DNA of 40,275 nucleotides from Gemmatimonadales bacterium (lineage in GTDB: Bacteria > Gemmatimonadota > Gemmatimonadetes > Gemmatimonadales > GWC2-71-9): contig JBBRGF010000003.1 of the NCBI GenBank assembly GCA_038240975.1, positions 1 through 40,275 on the forward strand, in the 5' to 3' direction. The notes under the pieces are model-generated. The model saw only the letters and a program-made list of their open reading frames with translations. It made no database searches and was not told the origin of the DNA. Made by a program: the position numbers and the translations under genes. Positions 9,895 through 20,113 of this stretch are shown piece after piece (position 1 is the first letter of the stretch; every line of letters begins with the position of its first letter).

Positions 9895-12378
9895 GTGTCA
9901 GATGATGACCGCACCGGCCCCGGGGCCGTGGCGCCGGGAGTGGATACCTTCTCGCTTCTTGCCGCCGGCTTCTTTCCCACCCACGCGCCCCGCCCCACAG
10001 GTTCGACGCCCGCGCCGGCCATGCGCTCGGCCATCGATCGCTGCTGTGCCGCTAACGCCGCTTCCGAGGTGGCTGCTCTCCTGGCGCAGCCGCCTGTCGA
10101 AACCGCGCGCGCTACGATTCGCTCGCATTCGCACTCGGCGGCAGGGCTTCCGGCCATCGCCAGCTCGTTCCGCATCGCGCTGTCCCGCATGGGACCGGGC
10201 AAGACGATGCGAGCCTTTCTCACTGTCAATCAGAAGGATGGGTTCGACTGCCAGAGCTGCGCCTGGCCGTCTCCCGATGGCAAGCGCCACCGATTCGAGT
10301 TCTGCGAGAACGGCGCAAAGGCCATGGCCAGCGAGGGACAGCGCGACCTCGTTGATGCCGACTTCTTTCGGGAGTGGACGGTCGCCGAGCTGGCCGCGAA
10401 GTCCGACGCGTGGCTCGATGCGCAGGGACGGCTCGCCGAGCCCATGCTCCGTCGCGAGGGATGCGAACACTACGAGCCGATCGCGTGGGATGAGGCATTC
10501 GAGCTGATCGGGCGCGAGCTTCGATCGCTGCGGACACCTGACGCCGCCGCGTTCTATACGTCGGGACGTGCCAGCAACGAGGCGGCTTTCCTCTATCAGC
10601 TGTTCGTTCGGCAGTTCGGCACTAACAACCTGCCCGACTGCTCCAACATGTGCCACGAATCGTCGGGCACGGCGCTGGTCGAGAGTCTGGGAATCGGCAA
10701 GGGTACGGTAACGATCAACGACTTCGAAGAGACCGATCTCATCCTCATCGTGGGCCAGAACCCGGGCACCAACCACCCGCGGATGCTCACCTCGCTCGAG
10801 CACGCCAAGAAGCGCGGCGCGACGATCATCGCCATCAACCCGCTTCCCGAGCGCGGCTTCATCCGGTTCACCGACCCGAATCCCGATGAATACCCCACGC
10901 CCATCCACTTTGCCGCCGGTATTCTCGGTCCCGGCACGCCGCTGGCCGATCTCCATCTCCCGGTGCGCATCAACGGCGACATCGCGCTCTGCAAGGGACT
11001 CATGAAGGTGCTCCTCGCGGAGGACGAGGCAACCGGTGGAGTGTTGGACCACGATTTCATTCGGGACCACACCGACGGCTTTGCCGAGCTCTACGCCGAC
11101 CTCGAGGCCACCTCCTGGCAGGAAGTGGTGGACGGTTGCGGCATCGGGCGCGAGGAGATCGAGCGGGCCGGCCGCATGATCGCGCGCTCGAAGCGCATGA
11201 TCTGCTGCTGGGCGATGGGTCTCACCCAGCATCGCGATGCCGTCGCGACGATCAGGATGCTCGTGAACCTGCTGCTCCTCGGCGGCCATATCGGTCGTCC
11301 AGGCGCGGGCACCTGCTGCGTCCGCGGCCATTCCAACGTACAGGGCGACAGAACCATGGGCATCTGGGAGCGGCCGACGGGGCCGTTCCTCGAGGCGCTG
11401 AAGAAGGAGTTCGGTTTCGAGCCGCCGAGGAAGGCGGGGCACGACGTGGTCGACAGCATCGCCGCGATGCACGAGGGAGAAATCGAGGTGTTCGTCGGAC
11501 TCGGCGGAAACTTTGTCGCGGCGGCGCCCGACACCGTCTGTACGGCCGAGGCGATGCGTCGCTGCCGTCTTACCGTGCAGATCGCCACCAAGCTCAACCG
11601 CGGACATCTGGTCACCGGGCGCCAGGCCCTGCTCCTGCCCTGCCTCGGCCGATCGGAGCGAGATCCGGGAGGTTTTCTCACGGTGGAAGATGCCATGGGC
11701 GTCGTGAGCTCCTCGACCGGCAAGCTCGAGCCCGTTTCGGGCAATCTTCAGAGCGAGGCTGCAATCGTCGCGGGGATCGCACAGGCGACGCTGGGCATCC
11801 GCTCGAGGATCAACTGGCAAGGGCTCGCGGCCAACTACGGATTGATCCGGGAGCACATCGGCCACGTGGTGCCGGGGTTCGAGGATTTCAATGCGCGCAT
11901 CGCAAACGGCCCGTTCTACCTGCCCAACCCGGCCCGCGAGCGGAAGTTCGTGACTTCAACCGGAAAGGCGCACTTCGCCGTCGCCCCCATCTCCACTCAC
12001 GAGCTCGGTGCCGACCGGTTCATCATGATGACCATCAGGAGCCACGACCAGTTCAATACCACCGTATACGGCCTGCACGACCGCTACCGTGGGGTGCACG
12101 GCGGGCGGCGGGTGCTCTTCATCAATCCGGAGGACGCCGCGGCGCGAGGCTGGGAAGGCGGGATGCTGGTGGACATCACGAGTCATTTCGGGGAGGAGCG
12201 GCGGGTGGCGCGTGCGTTCCAGCTCGTTCCCTACGCCATTCCACGCAGGTGCGTAGCCGCCTATTTCCCCGAGGCCAACGTCCTCGTGCCGGTGGGCAGC
12301 GTCGCGGAGGAGAGCAATACGCCGACCTACAAGTCCATCCACGTGAGCCTGGAGGCTTCGGCGTCGGTCCGGCGGTAG
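9895..12378 (+). CDS. FdhF/YdeP-family molybdopterin oxidoreductase
   Basis: NQKDGFDCQSCAWP, FEFCENGAKA, FYTSGRASNE, NNLPDCSNMCHE, RGHSNVQGDRTMG, RSHDQFNTTVYG. GTG start chosen from GAGGA RBS at 9883. Confidence 0.9.
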   Translation: MSDDDRTGPGAVAPGVDTFSLLAAGFFPTHAPRPTGSTPAPAMRSAIDRCCAANAASEVAALLAQPPVETARATIRSHSHSAAGLPAIASSFRIALSRMGPGKTMRAFLTVNQKDGFDCQSCAWPSPDGKRHRFEFCENGAKAMASEGQRDLVDADFFREWTVAELAAKSDAWLDAQGRLAEPMLRREGCEHYEPIAWDEAFELIGRELRSLRTPDAAAFYTSGRASNEAAFLYQLFVRQFGTNNLPDCSNMCHESSGTALVESLGIGKGTVTINDFEETDLILIVGQNPGTNHPRMLTSLEHAKKRGATIIAINPLPERGFIRFTDPNPDEYPTPIHFAAGILGPGTPLADLHLPVRINGDIALCKGLMKVLLAEDEATGGVLDHDFIRDHTDGFAELYADLEATSWQEVVDGCGIGREEIERAGRMIARSKRMICCWAMGLTQHRDAVATIRMLVNLLLLGGHIGRPGAGTCCVRGHSNVQGDRTMGIWERPTGPFLEALKKEFGFEPPRKAGHDVVDSIAAMHEGEIEVFVGLGGNFVAAAPDTVCTAEAMRRCRLTVQIATKLNRGHLVTGRQALLLPCLGRSERDPGGFLTVEDAMGVVSSSTGKLEPVSGNLQSEAAIVAGIAQATLGIRSRINWQGLAANYGLIREHIGHVVPGFEDFNARIANGPFYLPNPARERKFVTSTGKAHFAVAPISTHELGADRFIMMTIRSHDQFNTTVYGLHDRYRGVHGGRRVLFINPEDAAARGWEGGMLVDITSHFGEERRVARAFQLVPYAIPRRCVAAYFPEANVLVPVGSVAEESNTPTYKSIHVSLEASASVRR

Positions 12379-12410
12379 CCGGCCCTATGTGGATAACGAC
12401 ACGTTCTCTG

Positions 12411-15400
12411 CTATCCCTCACCAACCAACTCCTCGCGGGCGTCCGTGCGGCGTGGGCCCCGCCCCAGCTCACCGTGCGGATCCAGCAGACGGTACAGCCC
12501 CGGAAGTACGAGGAGCACGATCGGGCCCGACAGCACAAAACCGCCGATCACCGCAATCGCGAGCGGTTGCATCAGCTGCGATCCCTGGCCGAGGGCCAAG
12601 GCAAGCGGGGCGAGTGCGAATGCTGTCGCCAGGATTGTCATCGCGACGGGTCGAAGCCGCCGCTGCGATGCGCGGATCCATGCCCCCCGTACAGGGAGTC
12701 CTGCCTCGAGAGCAAGCTTTGCTTCGTGAATTACGAAGATGGCATTCTCGCCGGCAATTCCCACCATCATGATCGCCCCCACGTAGCTGGAGACGTTGAG
12801 GGTCTGGCCGCAGAGCAGCAACGCCCCGAGCACGCCGGCGAGCACGGTAAGCGCGCAGAACGAGGTGACGACAGGCGCGCGCCAGTCGCCGAACTCGAAG
12901 AGCACCACCACCGATACCAACAGAAGGCCTGCGAGGAGCACGTAGAGCAGACCACGGAACGACTCCTGCTGCTGCTGGTACAGCCCGCCGTACTCGATCG
13001 ACATGCCCGGGGCCAATTGCAGCTCGCTACCGAGCCGCTCGCGGATCTCCGTCATGGCGCCGCCGAGGTCTCGACCTGACAGGCGTGCGGTGACGCCCAC
13101 GAATGTCTTGAGGTTTTCCCGGTCGATCTCCGCTTCCGGCGCTCCGGTGGACACGGTAGCCACCGCAGAGAGCGGGATCAGCGCGGACGATGGGAGAGCG
13201 GCGCGAATCTTCAGTCCTGCGAGCGGACCGGCGTCAGTGGCCAGCAACCGAAGGTCGTACAGGCGCTCCCCGATGCGGATCCGGCCCGTTACGGTTCCGG
13301 TGATGGCCGGCTCCACCGCTGCAGCAATCGTCTGCGTCGTCAGGCCGAAGCGGGCGGCCGCCACAGGATCGATTCGCACCTGGAGCGCGGGTCCGGCAAT
13401 CACGACGCCGTTGAAGACGTCCTCCACTCCGGGCACACGCTCGAGAATGCCGGCGGCCTGCGTCGCCTTCTGGGCCAGCAGTACCGGATCGTTCCCGAAA
13501 ATTTTCACGTCGATCGGCTGCGGCGTTCCGCCGGTGAGGTCCCCGATGTTGTCCTCCAGCAACTGGCCGAAGTCGCTGTGAATAGCCGGCTCTACGACCT
13601 GAATTCTCGTCCGCAGGTCGTCGATCACCTCGTCGATGCTCCGCCGCTCGCTCCGCGGCCGGAGCTTGATTACGTAATCACCTCGGTTCGGCTCCGTAAT
13701 AAAGAACCCAAGCTGCGTGCCGGTTCGGCGCGAGTACCCTGCCACGTCGGGAACCGACGCGATGACCCGCTCCGCTTCGCGGAGCATTGCGTCGGTTTCG
13801 GTCAGCGAAGTCCCCGGCGGCGTCCAGTAGTCGAGGATGATCGACCCCTCATCCATGCTCGGCAAGAAGTCGGTCCCGATCCGGCCGTAGAGCAGGTATG
13901 CGATGCTGAGAAGGAGAATGGTGCACGCTACGGCGAGGGACCCATGGGTCACGAAGAGGTTGACGAGCCAGTGATACGCACCTGTCGCTCTCCTGACGAT
14001 TTTCCGTACCCGGCCCGCGACTTCACCTGTCTCCGCCGTGACGGCGCCGTCCCGGCGGCTGCCTACGCTCCTGCGAGGACCACGGTGGAAGACACTGACG
14101 GACATTGGAACCACGATCAGCGCCACACCGAACGACACGATCAGGGCCAGCGCCATCGTCAAGGCCAGGGGCTTGAAGAACGCTCCCACGACGCCGGACA
14201 GAAGCGCGAAGGGCACGAGAATGACGATCGTAGACAGGCTCGACCCGATAAGCGCAGGCCGCAGCTCCGCCGCCCCGCTCGCGGTAGGGTCGTCCGAGCC
14301 GCCCCGTGCGTGATGTGTCTCGATGTTCTCGATGACGACGATGGCGTCATCGGCAATCAGGCCGAGCGCTGCGGCGACACCGGCCAGGGTCATGAGGTTG
14401 ATAGTCTGCCCAGTTACCCCAAGCGCGAGACCGACTATCGCGACCGTCAGCGGGATCGCCGCGACCGCGATCAGGGTAAAGCGGAGGTTGCGCAGGAAGA
14501 CGAAGAGGACGAACCCTGCCAGGACCACACCGATCACGATCGCGTCTCGTGCCCCGTTCACCGAGTCGGATACGAACTGGGCCTGGTCGTAGAAGTTGGT
14601 CCAGCGAACATCCTGCGGCAGCAGGTCCTGTTGCTCCCGCAGAATGCGTTGCACGCCGTCGGCGATGGCCACCGTGTTCGCAGAGGGCTGGCGGACGATA
14701 TTCACTAGCACGGCACTCTGGCCGGCGGCGGTGGTCCGGATGTATGACACCGCATCGGCAACGGTGACCTCGCCGAGTTCGGCGAGGGTGGCCGGGGGGC
14801 CGCTGGTGGTGGAAACCGAGATCTTCCCAAGGGAGTCGAGGCCACTCACGCGTCCGGTCACCAGCGTCAGGTACAACTCGTGATTCTGCTCGGTCAGCCC
14901 GGTGGAGATCACGTCGTTGTTCTCCTGGATCGCCTGGAGAACGTCCGAGACCGCTAACCGCCGGCCCGCCAGAGCGGACCGATCCAGTCGCACCTGAAAC
15001 TCGCGCTGCCGCCCGCCCTGAATCTGCACTTGGGAAACGCCGGGAATCCGGATCAGCGCCGGCTTCAGCCGGTATTGGGCGATATCCCAGAGCTGCGCCT
15101 GGGTCTCCGTATTCGAAGTGAGGGCGTACCCCTGGATCGGGAAGATCGAGGTGTTCATCCATTCGACGTCGATCCGCGTCTGCGGCGGGAGGTCGGGGCG
15201 AACCCTCTGAGTCTCCGCTTGCACCCGGTTGAGCGCCGCCATCATGTCGGTGCCCCACGCGAACCCGGCGGAGATCTCGGTCGAGCCACGGGAAGTGGTG
15301 GAGCGGACGACGAGAATCCCCGGCACGCGCAGAATGGCCTCCTCCAACACCCGCGTGACCGTCGGCATCATGTGCGCCGCCGGCGCTTCACCGGCGTCGG

Positions 15401-15545
15401 CGATCACCTTCACCAGCGGGAACGTGACAGAAGGGAAGATGGAGGAGGGAAGCCCGCCAGCCTCGTAGACGCCGGCAGCCGCGAGGACCGCCAGCAGGAG
15501 GAAGATGCCGGAGACTCGCGTCCGCGCGTTGGCAACAAGGTTCAT
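12411..15545 (-). CDS. RND efflux transporter permease (AcrB/CusA/CzcA superfamily)
   Basis: 1044 aa, GLIADDAIVVIENI, FLPSMDEG, RLRPVAMT; two hydrophobic halves. Confidence 0.92.
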   Translation of the reverse strand: MNLVANARTRVSGIFLLLAVLAAAGVYEAGGLPSSIFPSVTFPLVKVIADAGEAPAAHMMPTVTRVLEEAILRVPGILVVRSTTSRGSTEISAGFAWGTDMMAALNRVQAETQRVRPDLPPQTRIDVEWMNTSIFPIQGYALTSNTETQAQLWDIAQYRLKPALIRIPGVSQVQIQGGRQREFQVRLDRSALAGRRLAVSDVLQAIQENNDVISTGLTEQNHELYLTLVTGRVSGLDSLGKISVSTTSGPPATLAELGEVTVADAVSYIRTTAAGQSAVLVNIVRQPSANTVAIADGVQRILREQQDLLPQDVRWTNFYDQAQFVSDSVNGARDAIVIGVVLAGFVLFVFLRNLRFTLIAVAAIPLTVAIVGLALGVTGQTINLMTLAGVAAALGLIADDAIVVIENIETHHARGGSDDPTASGAAELRPALIGSSLSTIVILVPFALLSGVVGAFFKPLALTMALALIVSFGVALIVVPMSVSVFHRGPRRSVGSRRDGAVTAETGEVAGRVRKIVRRATGAYHWLVNLFVTHGSLAVACTILLLSIAYLLYGRIGTDFLPSMDEGSIILDYWTPPGTSLTETDAMLREAERVIASVPDVAGYSRRTGTQLGFFITEPNRGDYVIKLRPRSERRSIDEVIDDLRTRIQVVEPAIHSDFGQLLEDNIGDLTGGTPQPIDVKIFGNDPVLLAQKATQAAGILERVPGVEDVFNGVVIAGPALQVRIDPVAAARFGLTTQTIAAAVEPAITGTVTGRIRIGERLYDLRLLATDAGPLAGLKIRAALPSSALIPLSAVATVSTGAPEAEIDRENLKTFVGVTARLSGRDLGGAMTEIRERLGSELQLAPGMSIEYGGLYQQQQESFRGLLYVLLAGLLLVSVVVLFEFGDWRAPVVTSFCALTVLAGVLGALLLCGQTLNVSSYVGAIMMVGIAGENAIFVIHEAKLALEAGLPVRGAWIRASQRRLRPVAMTILATAFALAPLALALGQGSQLMQPLAIAVIGGFVLSGPIVLLVLPGLYRLLDPHGELGRGPRRTDAREELVGEG

Positions 15546-16615
15546 GGCGAGGCGGGCGCCGGTGTGAGGCCCGTGCGACCTGCACCGGCGCTATCGGCCG
15601 CCTCCTTCACAGAATCGGCAATCTCCCGCACGCGGCCACCCTCGGGGAGTCCGACCTGGCCCGAAACGATGACTCGATCTCCAGGTGAGAGCGTAGGGGA
15701 CGTGATCTCGACCGTGTCCCCTTGCTGGATGCCGGGATTGACCTCAAGCCAGTGGGCTCGACCCGAGGGGCCGACAACGGCCATCCGCGAAGTCCCTGTC
15801 ACATCGTCGCGCAGCACCGCTGACGCCGGCACAACGGGTACGTGATGGCGTTCGCCCACGGTGATGTGGGCCGTACCGAAGAGACCGATGGGAATCGGGG
15901 TGCCGGGCCCATGAACGTCGATTCGCACGGACACGCTCATGGCGCTGGTATCGGTCGGAAGGAGTCCGTGAACGATGCCCGCCAGCGGTGCAGCGCGTCC
16001 GGGGACTGCGACGACCGCTCGCTCCCCAGGACGCACCCCAGGCAGATCGCCTTGACCGATCTGCGCGGTGAAGACGATGGAGCCGGCGCTGGCGATGCTC
16101 ACGATGCTGTCTCCCTGACTCAGCAGATCGCCCTCGCTCGCCCCCCGTGATACGATGACGCCGGCCCTCGGGGCCCGGAGTGGTGCCTGGATCAGGTTCT
16201 GCTTCGCGAGCGTGAGCGCGCGCGCCGCGTCGCTCCGTTGATTCGGCGTCGTCGCAGCACGCATCATGCTTTCCGCCCCGATGAACGCGGCCTGGCTGGC
16301 CTGCGCGACCATGCCGCCGATCACCTCGCCGTCGCCGACCCGATCACCAATCATCACGAGTAACGAGGCCAGAGTGCCGGTGAACGGAGCGCGCACCTTC
16401 TGCACGTCGAGGGCTTCGGTGCGTCCCGGGCCGGTGACGACGACGGCGAGGTCGCCCCGCCTGACCGGCGCTGTACGCACGGGCGTCGCGGCGTTCGCCG
16501 CCATGTTACCGCGGCCCGGTGGCGCCGCCGCCGACCCCTCCGGTGTGGGGTCGGGTGAACATGCGATCGAAGCAGCGATGGGCAGGATCACAAGTAGCCT
16601 CACGGGGTCCCCCAT
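15542..16615 (-). CDS. RND efflux periplasmic adaptor (MFP), probable lipoprotein
   Basis: Lipobox-like SIAC; VRAPFTG and LRAPRAGVI biotinyl-lipoyl halves; VPASAV; LSPGDRVIVSG. Confidence 0.88.
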   Translation of the reverse strand: MGDPVRLLVILPIAASIACSPDPTPEGSAAAPPGRGNMAANAATPVRTAPVRRGDLAVVVTGPGRTEALDVQKVRAPFTGTLASLLVMIGDRVGDGEVIGGMVAQASQAAFIGAESMMRAATTPNQRSDAARALTLAKQNLIQAPLRAPRAGVIVSRGASEGDLLSQGDSIVSIASAGSIVFTAQIGQGDLPGVRPGERAVVAVPGRAAPLAGIVHGLLPTDTSAMSVSVRIDVHGPGTPIPIGLFGTAHITVGERHHVPVVPASAVLRDDVTGTSRMAVVGPSGRAHWLEVNPGIQQGDTVEITSPTLSPGDRVIVSGQVGLPEGGRVREIADSVKEAADSAGAGRTGLTPAPASP

Positions 16616-17871
16616 CGGAGCTCGTTCGCCTCGGCCTGCTGGTAGCGGAGTACGGCGTCGCCGTAGGCCCCGTTTGCGTTGATCCAGGCGGCGTACGCGT
16701 CAAGAACCTCCAGCGCGGTGGCCGCTCCTCCAGCGTACAGGCTCTCGGTCTGGAGATACGCATCACGGGAAATCAGGAGATTGCGAGCCCAAGACTGGAC
16801 CTGCTGGTAGAATCTCACGTGTTGCGCCGAAGCGACCGTGAAGGCCAGACGCAACTGTCTTCTCACCACCAGTTCGGAGTCGCGAGCCTGCTCTGCCAGC
16901 AGCTGCGCTCGTCGCAGGCGTGCGCGGTAGACGCCACCATCGAGCAGCGGCCAGGAGAGCGAGAATACGACGGCGCCCCCGAAGCCGCTGCCGCTGTTGA
17001 GGCCGGTGCCAGGATTGGAGTCGGACAGCACGGGGAGCACTCCTACGTTGGCGGACACCGACAGCTGCGGGCGCCGCTCCGACTGCGTGGCCGCAATGCC
17101 GGCGTGAGCCGCGGCGCGATTCGCCGCGGCCTGTCCGACCTCCGGGGCCACCACCCATGCGGTGTCCGGCGCCAGCGTGGGCGGCGAAGGAAGAGGAAGT
17201 GCGGCGAGTTCAAGTGGTGCGGTCGCCTGACGCCCCAGCAGATCGTTGAGTTGGAACCGGGTCTCGTCGAGAACCCGCTCCGCCTCGGCCAGCGCCGCCT
17301 CTTCGGATCCGAGACGAACTTGGGTGGTGAGGAGGTCGCCCCCGACCGGTTGGCCTCCGGCCTTGCGCGCCTCAATCTGCGCGAGATAGGCGTTGAGACG
17401 CTCGATTCCCTGCTGCCGGAAAACGATTTCCTGTTCGCCACGCAAAAATTCGCTGAAACGCAGGCGTACGGCGAGGTCGACATCTTTCTCCGCCATCCGG
17501 AGTCCCGCGCCGGCGGCTCGCAGGCGAAAGCGTGCAGCGTTCAGGTTCGCGCGTCGGAGTCCGCCCGACAATAAGGTATCGCCGGCCACGATCTGCAATT
17601 GTCCCTGTGACGTCGTGTAGGCCAGCGGGGCGCCTGTGCTCAGACCGCTCTCCAGCGACAGTCGGGGCCACCGACTCGCAGTGGCCTCCCGGACCAGTGA
17701 CTGCGAGATGGCGACGCCCAGCGCGGCCACCGGCAGCTGGGCGTTGGCCCTGTGCGCTTCCCGGAGGGCCTCGTCGAGCGTAAGCGGCTGCTGCCCAGCG
17801 ACGCGGAGTGGCCACAGGATGCAGGTGATGAGGAGCATCCGCGCACTATATCGCGACAAGGACTTGTCCAT
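16600..17871 (-). CDS. TolC-family outer-membrane efflux protein
   Basis: LTLDEALREA, WPRLSL, LSWPLLDGG, YAGGAATALEVLDA; precedes MFP and RND; start approximate. Confidence 0.88.
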   Translation of the reverse strand: MDKSLSRYSARMLLITCILWPLRVAGQQPLTLDEALREAHRANAQLPVAALGVAISQSLVREATASRWPRLSLESGLSTGAPLAYTTSQGQLQIVAGDTLLSGGLRRANLNAARFRLRAAGAGLRMAEKDVDLAVRLRFSEFLRGEQEIVFRQQGIERLNAYLAQIEARKAGGQPVGGDLLTTQVRLGSEEAALAEAERVLDETRFQLNDLLGRQATAPLELAALPLPSPPTLAPDTAWVVAPEVGQAAANRAAAHAGIAATQSERRPQLSVSANVGVLPVLSDSNPGTGLNSGSGFGGAVVFSLSWPLLDGGVYRARLRRAQLLAEQARDSELVVRRQLRLAFTVASAQHVRFYQQVQSWARNLLISRDAYLQTESLYAGGAATALEVLDAYAAWINANGAYGDAVLRYQQAEANELRWGTP

Positions 17872-17918
17872 CGCTCGACCTGGTGCGGGAGACTTGCAGT
17901 GAGATGCCGATCGAACTA

Positions 17919-19289
17919 TCAAACAACGTTGGAGGCGTGGCCAGCGTGCGACCGCGCGCCATTCTTCGGCAGGTAGAGCGTGGAGAACACCATGTCGGCA
18001 ACTGCGCGGTGCACCAATCGGCCACCGTGCTCGGACGCGATGTACCGAACCACCTGGAGGCCGAGGCCGTGACCAGACGAGCGGTCGGGCGGCCACGTCG
18101 CCCCCTCCGGGCTTCCGTTGGCGACCTCGATCACAGCCTGCCCCTCTTCGCCGTATACCGAGATCCGAACCGGCGTGAGACCGCTGCCGTGACGGCAGGC
18201 GTTTTCCAGCAGCTCGACGACCGCCTCGCGGATGAGCGGCTCGCTGGCCGTGACTACCACCGGATCGACGTGGCCGAGCTCGAGGTGGCGGCCGAGCGCG
18301 TGGGCGCGGGCGCGCATGAGATCAGCGCACTCCAGCGCAACGCCGTCCAGCTCGACGGCGTCGGTGCGCGGCACCTGCTGCCCGGCGGTGGCCCGGGCGA
18401 GGAGGAGCAGCTCCTCGACTCGGCGGCGCATCTGGGTCGCGGCGAGGCGAATGCGACGAAGCGCTTCGCCGCGCGACTCCGCGGAGCCCGCCCGCTCGAG
18501 CGCCAGCTCGGCTTCGCCGAGAACCAGGGTGAGTGGCGTGCGGATCTGATGCGCGGCCTGCTCGAGGAAACGCTGATTCTGCACCTGAGAATCCTGGAGC
18601 CGCTGGAGGAGTGCGTTGAACCGGATGCCTAGCCGATCGAGTTCGTCAGGTGGCTCGCTCACGGGCAAGCGGCGGTCGAGCGCGTCGGGGTCGATCGCGG
18701 CGATGGCGTGCTCGAGGTGGGTCACGGCCCTGAGCGCGCGCCGGGAAAGGAGATAGCCGGCGACGAGGCTGACGAGCACCGTGAGGGGGATGCTCAAGAA
18801 GAGCCAGATACCGGTGGCTTCGGCTTCGGATTCGAGCTGTCGCGTCGTCCCCACGGCCACCACCCGAAAGGCGGGATTGGCCGTCTCGATCGGGACGACG
18901 CGCACGTGCGGCCTCTTCCGGCGAAGGTCTACCGGCTGCATGCCGCTCGCGGTCAGCGTGTCGGGAAGCCACTTCTGCAGCGACTTGGGCCCGGTGAAAC
19001 CGATCCGGCGCCCGTCCACGCCGTAGACGCCGAATGCCTCGGGACCCTTCGGCCATTCCTCCAGCGCCGCTTTCACTGCCCCCTCGACGCCATCGGCCGG
19101 CGTCTCGGCGAACTCGATCCGTATCGCACCCGCCAACTCTCCGGCGCTACCGGAGAGCTCCTCGGTCAGTCGCGTGTCGCTCTGCCGGCGCGAATAGAGG
19201 AAGAGCGTGACGCTGAGCAGCAGCAGCCCCGCCAGGAAGGCCAGCGCGAAGGAGCCCGCAAGGCGCAGCCGCAGCCTGCTAAGTGCCAT
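17919..19289 (-). CDS. Membrane sensor histidine kinase (HAMP-HisKA-HATPase)
   Basis: Two TM segments, HAMP (DELDRLGIRFNALL), H-box AAHQIRTPL, N-box LLENACRHG, GHGLGL. Confidence 0.88.
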   Translation of the reverse strand: MALSRLRLRLAGSFALAFLAGLLLLSVTLFLYSRRQSDTRLTEELSGSAGELAGAIRIEFAETPADGVEGAVKAALEEWPKGPEAFGVYGVDGRRIGFTGPKSLQKWLPDTLTASGMQPVDLRRKRPHVRVVPIETANPAFRVVAVGTTRQLESEAEATGIWLFLSIPLTVLVSLVAGYLLSRRALRAVTHLEHAIAAIDPDALDRRLPVSEPPDELDRLGIRFNALLQRLQDSQVQNQRFLEQAAHQIRTPLTLVLGEAELALERAGSAESRGEALRRIRLAATQMRRRVEELLLLARATAGQQVPRTDAVELDGVALECADLMRARAHALGRHLELGHVDPVVVTASEPLIREAVVELLENACRHGSGLTPVRISVYGEEGQAVIEVANGSPEGATWPPDRSSGHGLGLQVVRYIASEHGGRLVHRAVADMVFSTLYLPKNGARSHAGHASNVV

Positions 19290-19983
19290 CGGCAGGCGGC
19301 TGTGACGAAAAGAGGTAGCCTGTACCTCGTACGGTGTGGATGAGCGGCGATGTCCCGTCAGGGTCGAGCTTCCGGCGCACGCGTCCGACGAGCACGTCGA
19401 CCGCATTGGCGATGGGATCGAAATTGTCATCCCAGACGTGCTCGAGGATCTGACCGCGACGGAGCACGCGCTCCGGTGTCCGCAACAGATACTCGAGCAG
19501 GGCGAACTCCCGTGCCGTCAGTCGCAGTGCCCGCCCGCCCCGACTGGCCGTGCGGCCGGCAGGCTGAAGCTCGACATCGGCATATCGAAGGACGACGTCG
19601 TGTGACGCAGGAGGTCGGCGGGCAAGCGCGCGGAGGCGTGCGAGCAGCTCGTCCATGGCGAACGGCTTCGTGAGGTAATCATCCGCGCCGGCATCCAGCC
19701 CATGCACGCGGTCGTGAAGAGAGTCGCGTGCCGTGAGCATGAGCATGGGCGTTTGGCCGCCGGTAGCGCGGTAACGGCGGCAAACCTCGAAGCCGTCGAG
19801 GTCCGGCAAACCGAGATCGAGAACGACGAGATCGTATGGATTGACTGAGAGCGACTCGAGGCCCGACTCGCCCGTTCCGGCGTGGTCCACGGCCCAGGTG
19901 ACCTCCCGGAGAGCCCGACAGAGGAAATCGGCCAGCTCAGGCTCATCCTCGACAATCAGGACCCGCACGGATCCAAGCGCCAT
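19279..19983 (-). CDS. OmpR/PhoB-family response regulator
   Basis: LIVEDE, VLDLGLPDLDG, LMLTAR, GADDYLTKPF, LTAREFALL, IHTVRGTGY. Confidence 0.95.
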   Translation of the reverse strand: MALGSVRVLIVEDEPELADFLCRALREVTWAVDHAGTGESGLESLSVNPYDLVVLDLGLPDLDGFEVCRRYRATGGQTPMLMLTARDSLHDRVHGLDAGADDYLTKPFAMDELLARLRALARRPPASHDVVLRYADVELQPAGRTASRGGRALRLTAREFALLEYLLRTPERVLRRGQILEHVWDDNFDPIANAVDVLVGRVRRKLDPDGTSPLIHTVRGTGYLFSSQPPADGT

Positions 19984-20000
19984 GGGGAAGACATGTTACG

Positions 20001-20085
20001 AATCTAACCGGCGGGGGATGTCCGAACGATGACGCCCTGCAGGCGGATGAGTCGTCATCGAGTCGTCATGCCGGCGACGTAGGGT
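20001..20085. promoter_or_regulatory. Divergent promoter pair with OmpR/PhoB-type 11-bp tandem boxes
   Basis: GAGTCGTCAT x2 at 20049 and 20060, then 10 nt, then TAGGGT (+). Mirror pair GATGTC/GATGAC at 20017 and 20028 with TAGATT (-) at 20006-20001. Confidence 0.6.
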
Positions 20086-20113
20086 GGGCACGAGGCAACT
20101 ACGGAACGGTCCT

